Positions 39,135-52,145 are shown, counted from the stretch's first letter. The stretch: DNA of 64,000 nt from Malacoraja senta (GCA_038087875.1 CM075989.1:4774001-4838000), one strand, 5' to 3'. The notes: generated from the letters alone by a model not told the origin. A program made the numbers and translations.

Positions 39135-39455
39135 TTTAGTTTAGTTTAGTTTAAAGATACAGTGCGGAAACAGGCCCTTCAGCCCACCGAGTCACCGCCG
39201 ACCAGCATCCCTGCACATTAACACAATTCCACGCACACTAGGGACAATTTACATATACACCAAGCCAATTAACCTACATTCCTGTATGTCTTTGGAGTGT
39301 GGGAGGAAACCGAAGATCGTGGAGAAAACCCACGCGATCACGGGGAGAACGTACAAACTACGTACGGACATCGATGATTAGTCAAGATCAAACCCGGTCT
39401 CTGGCGCTGCAAGCGCTGTAAGGCAGCAACTGTACCGCTGCGCCACCGTGGCTGC
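39135..39455 (-). mobile_element. HE1-like V-SINE
   Basis: (tttag)n tail, V-domain, tRNA head. Confidence 0.8.
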
Positions 39456-39943
39456 CCAATGTAAGGAACAATTTAAGAAGCAGTTGACCACCTCACAATC
39501 CATCTGCGTATATGTTTGTTCAGGTACCTCTCGCCATTTACCAACAGGTCAGAGGCCCCCAAATTTCCATAGGTGCCTGATAGATTGCGAGTTCATATGA
39601 AAGGTCATTGATATGAAAAAGTAGCAATCTCCACAGACATTGCCTGAGCTTCCGAAATGTTATAGTTTGGTGCTCATTATATATTTTTTTAGGTTCTCTG
39701 TTCCGGTTCAACAATATTACAGATATTTGGATATAAAAGAAAAAGAAAATTTATTTTCAATCTCTACAAAACACATATAAATTAAAATTGATAATTGGTC
39801 GATTGAAATATACAGCATGGAAGCAGGCCCTTCGGCCCACTGATGCCATGCTGACCATCGATCACTGGTTCACTCCAGTTTTATGTTATCTCACTTTTGC
39901 ACCCACTACTGACACATTCGGAGGTAGACATTGACAGAACTGA

Positions 39944-40166
39944 TGTTTAAGAAGGAACTGCAGATGCTGGAAAATCGAAGGTAGACGAAAGTGCTGGAGA
40001 AACTCAGCGGGTGCAGCAGCATCTTTGGAGCGAAGGAAATAGGCAACGTTTCGGCCCAAAACTTTGCCTATTCCCTTCGCTCCATAGATGCTGCTGCACC
40101 CGCTGAGTTTCTCCAGCACTTTTGTCTACCTTCGATTTTCCAGCATCTGCAGTTCCTTCTTAAACA
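39944..40166. mobile_element. Penelope-terminus near-perfect hairpin (~100-bp arms)
   Basis: tgtttaagaaggaactgcagatgctggaaaatcgaaggtagac... mirrored by ...gtctaccttcgattttccagcatctgcagttccttcttaaaca. Confidence 0.8.
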
Positions 40167-41019
40167 CTGACACAAGTTGGGCTAATTTACAGAGACCAAC
40201 TAACCTGCACGTCTTTGGGATTTGGGAGGAAACCGGAGCACCTGGAGGAAACCCACACGGTCCCAGGCCAACATGCAAACTCGACACAGGCAGCACCCAA
40301 GGTCAGGATTGAATACGGGTCTCTAGTGCTGTAAGGCAGCAGCTCTACCAGCTGTGCTACTGTGCCACCCATTATTAGAATATTCATGCATACCATATGC
40401 ACATTCCAAGTTGTAATTGTTTATTAAAAATCCCCTCTCTTCTTAGGTGGTCCCTCAGGGTCAAGGGCGATGAGTTTTCATTACAGCTCTGGTTCCGACA
40501 TGTCTGAGGAGCGTTAATTGGGAGCCTTTGACTTCATAGGTTCATAACTTTTAGGAGAAGAATTGGGCCATTCGGTCCATCTAGTTTACTCCTTCATTCA
40601 ATCATGGCTGATCTACCTTTCCCTCTCACCCCCATTTTCCTGCCTTCTCCCCTAACACCTGTACTCATCAAGAAACTGTCAGTCTCAGCCTTAAAAATAT
40701 CCATGAACTTGGTCTGCGGCAATGAATTCCACAGATTCACCACCCTCTGACTAAAGAAATTCCTTCACATCTCCTTTTGTTTTGAGGCTATGGCCTCTAA
40801 TCCAGAACTCTCCCACTGGTGGAAACATCCTCTCCACATCCACTCTATCCAGGCCTTTCACTGTTCGGTAAGTTTCAATGAGGTCCACCCTCATCTTTCT
40901 AAACTCCAGCGAGTCGATGATAGATGTTGGGAAGTGCCTGATCACAGCGGCAAGTGATAGGTTGTGAGGTGCTGCACTGGCTCTGACATTCACATAGAGC
41001 CAACACATGATGTCACAAA

Positions 41020-41209
41020 GGTAGACAAAAATTCTGGAGAAACTCAGCGGGTGAGGCAGCATCTATGGAGCGAAGGAATAGGTGACATTTCGGGTCTCGA
41101 CCCGAAACGTCACCTACTCGTTCGCTCCATAGATGCTGCCTCACCCACCGAGTTTCTCCAGAATTTTTGTCCGCCTTTGATTTTTCCAGCATCTGCAGTT
41201 CTTTCTTAA
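41020..41209. mobile_element. Penelope-terminus fold-back mini-element with TSD
   Basis: Long inverted arms; flanked by acatgatgt(c/a)acaaa at 41005-19 and 41210-24. Confidence 0.8.
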
Positions 41210-41658
41210 ACATGATGTAACAAACCTCAGTCCCTTCTGCTTCTGCATTTTGAATGGGCATGGGGCCAGGAAGTCCGTTTTTCCATGGAGGTTTCATCTT
41301 TTCTTCTGGGCACCTCTGAAAGGCATGGCCCACCCAGCAGAAGTGAATGAGTGTAGGTAAGGCCTCATCGCTGAAGATGTTAGTTTGGTAGTGGACAGGG
41401 CATTTGTTTTTCTTAGCCTACTCAATGGATTTATCGTACAGTTAATCCTCTTTAATGGACCATAGCAAGGGGGTTGGTGTCCATTATTGCAGATTATCCG
41501 CTATAAGGTATTGTCATTATATAATTAGTTGAAACAAACAACTGCAGTTACTGCAATGCACAAAAGGATACAAAGTGCTGGAGTAACTCCTCATAACAGC
41601 TGATATCTCTGAAGAACATGGATAGGTTCTGTGTTCCATTTTCAGTGACAATGGCTAA

Positions 41659-42063
41659 AGGGCCTGTCCCACTTAGGTGATTTTTTAGGCGACTACAGGC
41701 AACTAGGCTGTTGCAACTTGGTCGCCGGGTGTCGCCTGTATGGTCGTGAGTAGTCTCCTCAGTTACCCAAAGACTCGTAGCGTCTTTCTGGTCGCCGCTG
41801 GATTTTCACGTGTTGAACATTTTTCGGAGACAGTCGGCGACAGTGGGTTGATGCAATGAGCGTAGCTTGACTTCTCCTGACATAGGTGCTGTCGTAGTTG
41901 TCGCCAGGTTAACGTAGGTTGTCGCCGGTGCTGACCGTTTTTTTGTTGTTGTTAAAGTAATTATTCTATTTCTAATTTTATGTCGAAGGGGGGTCCAGTC
42001 GCCGTTTTTCGGCGGCCTGCTACGACTGTGACAGTCGCCGGCATTCTAAGTGGGACAGGCTCT
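41659..42063. mobile_element. Non-autonomous PIF/Harbinger MITE
   Basis: TAA|AGGGCCTGTCCCACTTAG...CTAAGTGGGACAGGCTCT|TAA; internal gtcgcc/cgtag repeats shared with the other copies. Confidence 0.85.
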
Positions 42064-43499
42064 TAAAGCTTTTCACCGAATCTTCGGTATACCTGAAGGT
42101 ATACGTGACAATTGGTAAACCAATACCAATACAATTGTGATTAGCTCAACAACATTTTGATTTATTGAAGTTCTCCCTTGCTTTCAAATCCTTTCAAGTG
42201 CCCAACCTTCACTATCTCCTTCCTACCAATCATCCTCCATGACGTCTGTGCTCCTCCAATTCATTCTATTTGTGCACCTGATATTATTCACACCAGCATC
42301 AGTGCCCTGGCCTTCAGCTACAACTGCTTTATGTCTCGAAGTCACTCACTAAAACTTCCCTGCATTCTCTACCTCTCTTTTCTCCTTTAAAAGATGCTTC
42401 ATAAAAGCTACATCTTTCACTAAACATTTAGTCACAGGCGTAATGTCTCCTTGAGACTCAATGTCAAATATTCTTTGATAACTCTCGTTAAAATGGCTAC
42501 ATCCATACACGTTTCCATTGTTAAAGAATAAATTCTCTAGTGAGTTAAACGCTACCCTTTCACGTCCCGCAAATGCATTTAAACCAAGAGCAAAAAAGAA
42601 AATACTGGAGGAACTCAGTAGGCCTGGCAGCACCTGTGGAGGGAAGTGGACAAACAACGACTCGAGTCAGGAGCCTACATCAGACTGAGAACATGGCCAA
42701 ACAGCAGCAACGATGTAGGAATCACAGGGAGAGAGGACCTTAATACAATCAGTGAGAGAGAAGCCAGCATCATCAATCTCTTGCGTCTAACATAGAAACA
42801 TAGAAAATAGGTGCAGGAGTAGGCCATTTGGCCCTTTGAGCCAGCATTGCCATTCAATATTATCATGACTGATCATCCAAAATCAGTACCCCGTTCCTGC
42901 TTTCTCCCCATATCCCTTGATTCCATTGGCCCTAGGAGCAATATCTAACTCTCTCTTGAATACCTCTAAGTTTTAATCTATTCCGTTCTGACGGACTGAA
43001 GGTTTTCTTTGTTTAAAGATGATAAAAAATCCAATATGAGATGTGGTTCAGCAATCTCAAAGCATTTTACATGATAACTCTTATCCAAACATCATGGCTA
43101 CATCCATACACACTTCCGTTGTTAAAGAATACATTCCCCAGCGAGTTAAACACTGCCCTTTAACGTCTGGCAAATGCATTTAAATCAAGAGCAAAAAAGA
43201 AAAATGCTGGAGCACAAATGTGTAGGAAGGAACTGCAGATGCTGATTTACACCGAAGATAGACACATAAAGCTGGAGTAACTCAGCCGGTCAGACTGAAG
43301 AAAAGGAATATGGGTCTTCAGACGGATTGTACTCTGGTTTCAACCGAAATATAGACAGAAAATGCTGGAGTGACTCAGTGAGACAGGCAGCATCTGAAGA
43401 AGGGTCTCGACCCAAAACGCCACCCATTCCTTCTATCCAGAGATGCTGCCTGTCCCGCTGAGTTACTCCAGCAGTTTGTGTCTATCTTTATGCCGGAGC

Positions 43500-43860
43500 A
43501 CAATCTCTTGTGAGGTTGAGACCAGCAAAGATGCTGGCCCCATTCAACGGCAACATGGCATCCATCAACAGGAGGCATCCCAAGAACAAATGTAGGTCGC
43601 ATTTCTCATGCCAGTCCTATCCGAGTATGAATCCACTTCAAAGAATGGATCTGGGGTCTGGACCTAGCAAACGTGAGTCCTGCTTTACTATTGTTTTGAG
43701 ATGCATCTTTATCAGATGCCAGCTGTTCCTCCACTTTGCTCCATTGTTGCGTCGTCCAATGTAGGACAGCAACCCAGACATCAACAGAAAGCTGCGGAAC
43801 AGATGGCACCCTGCGGCCAACCGAGCGTTTTATACACATTCTCTGAGCCACAGAATGCAA
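43500..43860 (-). mobile_element. Possible ancient Harbinger-type DDE transposase relic
   Basis: Minus-strand LGMPPVDGCHVAVE resembles the first catalytic G.P....DG.H motif of PIF/Harbinger (HARBI1-like) nucleases; heavily degenerate. Confidence 0.35.
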
Positions 43861-44970
43861 ATCGGACTAAAATATTAATAGAAACTTTTGTTTGTTCCCC
43901 GGTACGAAAGGCGGCGCCATTAGCGGACGGTTTGAATTTTTCATGCTTTTCAATTAGCCGAGCCGCAAAGTTTACAGTTCTGAAGTGTTCAAGTCAAAAA
44001 TTAATGAAATCAAAATAATCACAGTAGGTTTGTGTAATACAAGGTTCCTTTCGAATGCAGCAATTAATATAACAAAGTGCCCTTATTTACATCATCTGTG
44101 CCCACTGCTAATTGTGCCTGATGGGTATCTGCTACTCAAGCAGATGCATTATCTTCTAGAGGCAGCCCTTCATCACTAATTACTTCCAGCATATCAGCAC
44201 CAGGCCATTTCCTCAAACAACGACATCAATATTAAAGAGACCCCTTTCCCGAAATTGTGATTTATTTGACTTGTTTTGTGACTTGCGTATTGCAGCAAGG
44301 TGCATAATGTTAGGCTGAAGAATGGACCTCATCTTATTTTGGGCATCTAATGCCAATCTCAAGTGCCGGCCAGACCAGTCATTGAACTGACCACACACAT
44401 GTACTAAATCTCATCGTGTAGGAAGGAACTGCGGATGCAGGTTTAAACCAAAGATAGACACAAAACGCTGGAGTAACTCAGCGGGACAGACTGGAGGAAA
44501 GGAATGGGTGACGTTTCGGGTCGAGATACTTCTTCAGACGGATTGTACTCTGACTAAGCAACACCGAAGTCAGGTATGGTCGGAGCGAGATTCAGATTAA
44601 AACTCCTTCTACACTGTCCACCAAGCACCCTACTCTAAGGTAATAATGCAAGTCATTTGGCAATGAGAAATATCATTTTTCCATTGCAGGGTTAAAAACA
44701 AACAAGGCCGTGGCTGACCTGGGCCCGGTCTGAAAACAGCGTTGTGAGCCAAAACGTCACCCATTCCTTCTCTCCACAGATGCTGCCTGTCCCACTGAGT
44801 TACTCCAGCTTTTTGTGTCTATCATTTTGCCATACTCCATCCAGCAAGCAATCCCAACTCGTGCACAAGGCAAAATCATCCCTGATTTTCAATTCTGAAT
44901 AAAGATGAGATAATAAATAATGTTCATACGCTGAATAAACCTTGCTGTATAATAACTCTATAACACTGTA

Positions 44971-45270
44971 AGGGCGGCACAGTGGCGTAGCGGTAGAGTT
45001 GCTGCCTTACAGCGCCAGAGAATCCGGGTTCGATCCCGACCACTGTAGAGAATTTGTACGTTCTTCCCGTGACCTATATGGGTTTTCTCCGAGATCTTCG
45101 GTTTCCTCCCACACTCCAAAGACGTACAGGTTTGTAGGTAAATTGCCTTGGTATAAGTGTAAATTTTTCCCTGGTGTTAGTGTGCGTGGATCGCTGGTCG
45201 GTGCGGACTCGGTGGGCTGAAGGGCCTGTTTCCACGCTGTATCTATAAACTAGACTAAACCAAACTAGAC
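44971..45270 (+). mobile_element. HE1-like V-SINE (well preserved)
   Basis: A-box tggcgtagcgg, B-box ggttcgatccc, V-domain ggtttcctcccacactccaaagacgt, CR1-like tail. Further + copies at ~47110-47410 and ~47805-48100. Confidence 0.85.
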
Positions 45271-48241
45271 TCATCAACAACATGTGGTCGGGTGCTGCCC
45301 AGGTTAGGTAGACGGAGAAGGGAACTACGACAGTGACCCACACGCACATATTAACAACACAGCACAGGGTGGTCACTGATTAAAACTCCCTCTACATTGG
45401 TCCATCAAGTCCACTATGGTCAGTGCAGTTCCGGTTAGTTACTGAATTGCCCTGTTGCCCTGTTACATTAAAGATTCCTTTGCACGTTCCCATTTTCCAC
45501 ATCTTGTAACCTTTCGTAGTGAAATAACAGGCTTGAGCACAGCAGGAAACTGACATGAGACCATGAAGGAACCATGAAGAGGTTCATTAACAAGCAGTGA
45601 TTAAATAATGCCTAGGCTAGCTGTTAATTTGTGAGAGATGTCTGAGTGACCCGAGAAGGTCCAGAATCTTAAGACTTGGGGTGGGAGTTGGAAGGAAAAG
45701 AGAGTTCAGGGCATGCAGCTAAAAAAAATAATCAATTATTATTAATATAAGGGTTGATCCAGCTTGATTACCTTGCTTGGACTGATTAAGGATGGGGCAA
45801 ATGGTAGAGAATTTCTGGCATAAGTTCCAGTTAAAGACCGTGCACGGAGATATATGGTTATTGTTGCCGCTCCTTAATCTTAACGCAAATTAACTATGTT
45901 CATCAATTTAGAAAAAAATAATCCCAGTCTATTTAATTGCGGGAGGAAAATGCACATGATTTCATACAGAAATCTGTCTGATATTTAATAGAAACCTGAC
46001 AGCCATGTGTCGACCCAGCAGATAGTGCACTTGTCAAGTCCTATTGCTCCAAGGGCTGAGATGAACTCGGGCCTAATTATCAAAGGGTTTTTATTCCAGT
46101 GAGCATTTCCCTTCCTGTCCAGGTAAGATCTCTCCTTGGGGGCACCGACATATGGGATTGCCTCATTCCCATCCGAGCTGTCATTCTATGCATGTCAAGT
46201 AGGGGCTGTAATCCAATTATCCATTAATGAGGCAAATGCCCTGTAGCACCAGACCAATTTACCACTGTTTCATTCAGATTAAATTAATGGAGATTCTAAA
46301 CACCTTTGTGGCAGGTACAGCACAGAAAGGTTTAACCGAACTGTGGCTTTCAAGAAGCAAGAACATCTTTTTTTTGTATTGCTTTTCAACTGGAAGCTGA
46401 AATGTTGAATTCACTGAAAGTATATATTCCTGTCATTTGTGGTTCTATGGTACTTTATTGTCATGTGTACCTCAGTACAGTGAAATCCTGTTTTTGCATT
46501 ACTTTAGAGAGACAGTGCGGAAAAAGGCCCTTCGGCCCACCAGGTCCTTGCCGACCAGCGATCTCCCTACGCCAGCACTATCCTACATGTACATGGGACA
46601 ATTTACAATTTTACCAAAGCCAATTAACCTACATAAATGTACGTCTCTGGAGTGTGGGAGGAAACCGGGGAAACCCACGCAGGTTATGGGGAGAACGTAC
46701 AAACTCCGTACAGACAGCACCTGTACGCAGGATCGAACCCAAGTTTCTAGCGCTGTGAGGCAGCAACTCTACCGCTGTGCCACCATGATGCCCTGGCTCA
46801 GTGACAATCCCACAATTTAACCTCTGGAGCTACAAACGTCTTGGTTGCACTTGGAACTTCAGACTTTTATTTTGCATTAATATTGTTATTTTTAATTTAT
46901 TGAACTTTCTTTGGTTTATTGCGTTATCTGTGAGAAATGTGTTTACAGACCTGTTATGTTGCTGCGAGTAAGAGTTTCATTGTTTCCTTATTGGTCCATA
47001 TGACAATTAAACACTCTTGCCTCTCAGTAGTGATAGGAAAGAGATTTAAAGGGGCAGCGTCCCCACAGTAAAATGCACTGGCAGATCACCTTGTGATGTT
47101 CAGCATACAGGGTGGCACGGTGGCATAGCGGTAGAACTACTACCTCACAGCGCCAGAGGCCTGGGTTCGATCCTGACTTTGGGTGCGGAGTTTGTACGTT
47201 CTCTCCGAGACCTGCGTGGATTTTCTCCGAGATCTTCGGTTTCCTCCCCGCACTCCAAAGGCGTACAGGTTTGTAGGTTAATTGGCTTGGTATAAATGTA
47301 TAAATGTAAAATTGTCCCTAGTGTGTGTAGGGCAGTGTTAATATGCGGGGATCGCTGGTCGGCGCCGAAGGGCCTGTTTCCGCGCTGTATCGCGAAACAA
47401 AACAAAACTAAAAGAGAAACATGTCTGATGATGGCATGTCACATGTGCTATCACGGAGACATAAAGGAGAGTGAACAGAACTTAGCATGAGAGTAGCCAG
47501 GAAGCCAGCAGGCCATTACAATTTTTCCATGGGTTACTTACAAACACTTCCCATGTCTGGCTCCTGCCTCTTAATGGGCTGAATGATCATTCAGCCTGAG
47601 GATAAATAGAATCATCTGGATCGCTAAATTACTGTGACAGCCAGAACAGGACTTAATACCAGAGTGCTCTTGGGTGCTGGTGAGGAGTAATTATTAGATC
47701 AGAAGCAATGTTAAGAATTTGGGATAAAGATCGCAGTAGAATTGTTGTAGGAAATTTGCATGTCAAATATCAAATGCTATACATATAAACAAAGAAAAAA
47801 TTTGGGCGACACTGTGGCGCAGTGATAGAGTTGCTGCCTTTCAGCACCAGAGAACTGGGTTCGATCCTGCTAGGGGTGCTGTCTATACGGAGTTTGTACG
47901 TTCTCCCTGTGACTGCGTGTGTTTTTTGCCAGTTGCTCCGGTTTCCTCCCACACTCCAAAGACCTACAGGTTTGTAAGTTAATTTGCTTCGGTAAAGATT
48001 GTAAATTATCCCCAGTGTGTAGGATAGTATTAGTGTATGGGGATCGCTGGTCGGCGCAAACTCGGTGGGCCGAAAGGCCTTTTTCCTAAATTAAACCAAA
48101 CAGATTTCTGAAAATTGTGCACATTTTAAATATTTTTGCTGGATCAATTAGAAAACTATTACTAAAATCCAATATCGATTTTATTATTTACTTAGAGAAT
48201 TCTTATGGTTTAAACCAGCATCTGCCATTTTTAATTTTGAC

Positions 48242-48635
48242 CAAAGATCCTATAGCAAGCAAGATAGACCACTCCTTCTAAATGCAATGGGCTGCTGTGT
48301 AGTATGCAACGGAGCGGAACGAGGGCCTTTTTCTCATCCATTTCCGTAACCCGACCTGACCCGACTCACAGTGTAATCAGCATTGCGGGGGAACAGTTTG
48401 TGTTAATAAATTATAATTCTGAAAATGAGGAGAAGATTTTTCCCAAATAACTTTGATTTTTACGGGGATGTTTCCGTAACTGGCTTCCGTCTCCGCACTA
48501 GTATCCTATGGGATCTTTGGTGCGGAGACGGAAGCTGGTTACGGAAATGGGGCAGAAAATTACCCATGAATCCGTCCATGACTGTACTACGTCTTTTTCT
48601 TCGAGTGATCTATCTTGCTTACTATAGGATCTTTG
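48242..48635. mobile_element. Non-autonomous DNA transposon (P- or hAT-type MITE)
   Basis: ~33-bp TIRs CAAAGATCCTATAGCAAGCAAGATAGACCACTC / GAGTGATCTATCTTGCTTACTATAGGATCTTTG; perfect 8-bp TSD ATTTTGAC (48234-41, 48636-43). Confidence 0.9.
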
Positions 48636-49519
48636 ATTTTGACTGTTCCACTGTGAAATCTCAAGGTATGCCTACTTTGAAGAAGTTCTCCTCCTCTCTC
48701 CGATGGGTTCTGTGAGACACTCTCTCACTGCTCCCCCTTTGTGATTTCTGCTGCTCTCTTCTCCAGAGATGCTGCCTGGCCTGTTGAGTTACGCCAGCAA
48801 TTTGTGTCCATAATTTTAAAACTTTGGGTCTATATGATGAAGATTCCCTGCACTGGTCTCAGCAAGGGGCATCCAGTATTTTGTGTTAGTGACGACAAAA
48901 GGGAAGGAATATTTGTCCAAGCCAAGACAGCGTGTGATCAGCCATGATCACATTGAATGGCGGTGCTGGCTCGAAGGGCCGAATGGCCTACTCCTGCACC
49001 TATTGTCCATTGTCTATTTAGCAGAGTCAGGGGATATGGGGAGAAGGCAGGAACGGGGTACTGATTGGGGATGATCAGCCATGATGACATTGATCAGCCA
49101 TGATCACAAAAAAGGGCAGAATGGCCTACTCCTGCACCTATTGCCTATTGACTTGGAGGGGACGTTGGCAGTGATGGTAACCGTTGGTTAGCGAAAATAA
49201 CCCATGAACCTGCTGCCATTCCTTCCGGCATAATGTGAAGGATGCAATACTGGGTATCAGAGGCCGCGGAGTGTTTTTGAAAGTGGAGGGGGGGGGGGGG
49301 GGGGGGGCTGAGCGATCACTGATCACCGGCCTCGTGTATGTATGTATTCTGCCAATCAATTTGCTGGAGGAATTTAGTGGGTCAGGCAACATCTGTGGAG
49401 GCAAAGAAAAGGTCGATGTTTCAGATGGAGTCGCTGCATTAGAACTGCTCCCAAAATACAACTGTCCTTTTGCCTCCACAGACACTGCCTTGCCCGCCAG
49501 ATTTAAGCATCTGCAGTCT

Positions 49520-49882
49520 TGCGTCTACTCACCACTCCACCTCCAGGTCCCTCAGATCGGCCGACTTGGGGTTACTGAATATCCCGCGGTCTAGGCATAA
49601 GCTCAGGGGCGACTGCGCCTTTGCGGTTGCAGCTCCTAGACTGTGGAACAGCATCCCCCTTCCCATCAGAACTGCCCCCTCCATCGACTCCTTTAAGTCA
49701 AGACTAAAAACTTATCTATACTCCCAAGCCTTTCTTGACATCCTCTGAGCGAGGGCTATATGTATATATGTATGTAGTTTGTTTGTTTATATTATTCTTA
49801 TAACAAATGTAAAGCACTTTGGCCAAAGAGAGTTGTTTTTTAAATGTGCTATATAAATAAATGTGACTTGACATGACTTGAC
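49520..49882 (+). mobile_element. L2 LINE 3' end, same family as 6958-8920
   Basis: RSLRSADLGLLNIPRSRHKLRG...; (gactt)n tail. Confidence 0.9.
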
Positions 49883-50094
49883 TCTTAAGCCTGACCACTT
49901 AAATTGGAGCACTTGTGATTGCACATTATATGTGCAATCACAAATCTTTAAAAATAAGAATCATTAGCTAGATTTTGACGTGATATATAATAATGTTTTA
50001 TTATGTTATGGTTAGTGCAGTAACCACTACACAAAACTAGCTGCAGCTTAAGACTTGCCTGACATAAATAAAGTCAAACACCACCAGGTTTAGG

Positions 50095-50275
50095 TACACA
50101 AAAATGCTGGAGAAACTCAGCGGGTGCAGCAGCATCTATGGAGCGAAGGAAATAGGTAACGTTTCGGGCCGAAACCCTTCTTCAGACTGCAGCTCCATAG
50201 ATGCTGCTGCACCCGCTGAGTTTCTCCAGCATTTTTGTGTACCTTCGATTTTCCAGCATCTGCAGTTCCTTCTTT
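50095..50275. mobile_element. Penelope-terminus fold-back mini-element with TSD and intact minus-strand hammerhead core
   Basis: Direct repeat aacaccaccaggtttagg (50077-94, 50276-93); core at 50158-50185 (-). Confidence 0.8.
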
Positions 50276-51119
50276 AACACCACCAGGTTTAGGACAGGTA
50301 CTTTTCTACAACTACAACTCTGGGCTCTTGAACTGACCTACACAACCCCAAACCTATTTTGGCAATGGACTTGTTTTCTAATTATATTTTGCATTAATGT
50401 ATTGTTTTCTGCACAGTCCTTTTTTTTTGTCGAATTTAGGTCTAATTTATGTTTTATCATTTTTAGTAGAATTTACGTCTAATTTATGTTTATGTGTTTA
50501 GGAAGGAACTGCAGATGCTGGTTTAACACTGAAGATAGACACAAAATGCTAGAATGATTCAGCGGGTCAGGCAGCATTTCTGGAGAGAAGGAATGGGTGG
50601 CGTTTCGGGCGAGAGAAGAGCCTATCTTATGTTTTTGTGTGTTGCCTGAGGCCATGTGCCTGTGAAGTTGCTGTAAACAAGATATTCATTGTTACTGTAC
50701 CTCTTGCAAATGACAATAAACTTATTTACTTGAAGATCCACGTGTGAGTGAATCTGAAATTCATCTCTCAAGGCCAATTTAGAACCTACCCCCCCCCCCC
50801 TCCTCTCTGCTGAAAATGGTGCAAACCCTTTAAAATGTTGCAGAGATTTTGTTTTAAAAAGGATAAAGTGGAGGATTTTAAAGTTGGTTACACCATTGGT
50901 TGTACCTAGGGTGACTATTAAATGTTCCAATCAGAAGTTAAAACTAGTAACAAAGAACCGCAGATGCTGGTTTAAGTGCTGGCGTAACTCAGCGGGTCAG
51001 ACAGCATCTTGGGAGAACATGGACTAAAGAAAGGTCCCAACCCGAAATGTCACCCATCCTTTTGCTCCAGAGATGCTGCCTGACCTGCTGAGTTACTCCA
51101 CCACTTTATACCTATCATA

Positions 51120-52145
51120 CCTGGCAGACAGGAAACAAAGAGTAGGGATTAACGGGTCCCTTTCCGAATGGCAGGCAGTGACTAGTGGGGTACCACAAGG
51201 CTCGGTGTTGGGACCGCAGCTATTTACAATATACATCAATGATTTAGATGAAAGTATTCAAAGTAACATTAGCAAATTTGCAGATGACACAAAGCTGGGT
51301 GGCAGTGTGAACTGTGAGGAGGATGCTATGAGAATGCAGGGTGACTTGGACAGGTTGGGTGAGTGGGCAGATGCATGTGAGGTTATCCACTTTGGTAGCA
51401 AAAACACAAAGGCAGATTATTATCTAAATGGTGTCAAGCTGGGAAAAGGGAAAGTACAATGGGATCTGAGGGTCCTTGCTCATCAGTCAAAGGAAGTAAG
51501 CATGCAGGTACAGCAGGCAGTGAAGAAAGCGAATGGAATGTTGGCCTTCATAGCAAGAGTAGTTGAGTATAGGAGCAAAGAGGTCCTTCTGCAGTTGTAT
51601 AGGGCCCTAGTGAGACCACATCTGGAGTATTGTGTGCAGTTTTGGTCCCCTAATTTGAGGAAGGATATTCTTGCTATTGAGGGAGTGCAAGCGTAGGTTT
51701 ACAAGGTTAATTCCCGGGATGGCGGGACTGTCATATGCTGAGAGAATGAAGCAGCTGGGCTTGTAAACTCTGGAGTTTAGAAGGATGAGAGGTGACTTAT
51801 TGAAACATATGAGATTATTAAGGGTTTAGACACGCTAGAGGCAGGAACATGTTCCCGATGTTGGGGGAGTCCAGAAGCAGGGGCCACTGTTTAAGTATAA
51901 GGGGTAAGCCATTTAGAACAGAGATGAGGAAACAATTTTTCACACAGAGAGTTGTGAGTCTGTGGAATTCTCTGCCTTAGTGGAGGCCGGTTCTCTGGAT
52001 ACTTTCTAGAGAGAGCTAGATAGGGCTCTTAAAGATAGCAGTCAGGGGATATGGGGAGAAGGCAGGAACGGTCATGATCACATTGACAAACTGCTGGCTC
52101 GAAGGGCCAAATGGCCTACTCCTGCACCTATTGTCTATTGTCTAT
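51120..52145 (+). mobile_element. CR1 LINE 3' fragment
   Basis: ORF 51073-51696 with GVPQGSVLGP and KFADDTKL; (ctattgt)n tail. Confidence 0.92.

Noticed and set aside
44971..45045. tRNA gene-like sequences
   Set aside because: They are SINE heads joined to V-domain and CR1-like tails, in many copies.
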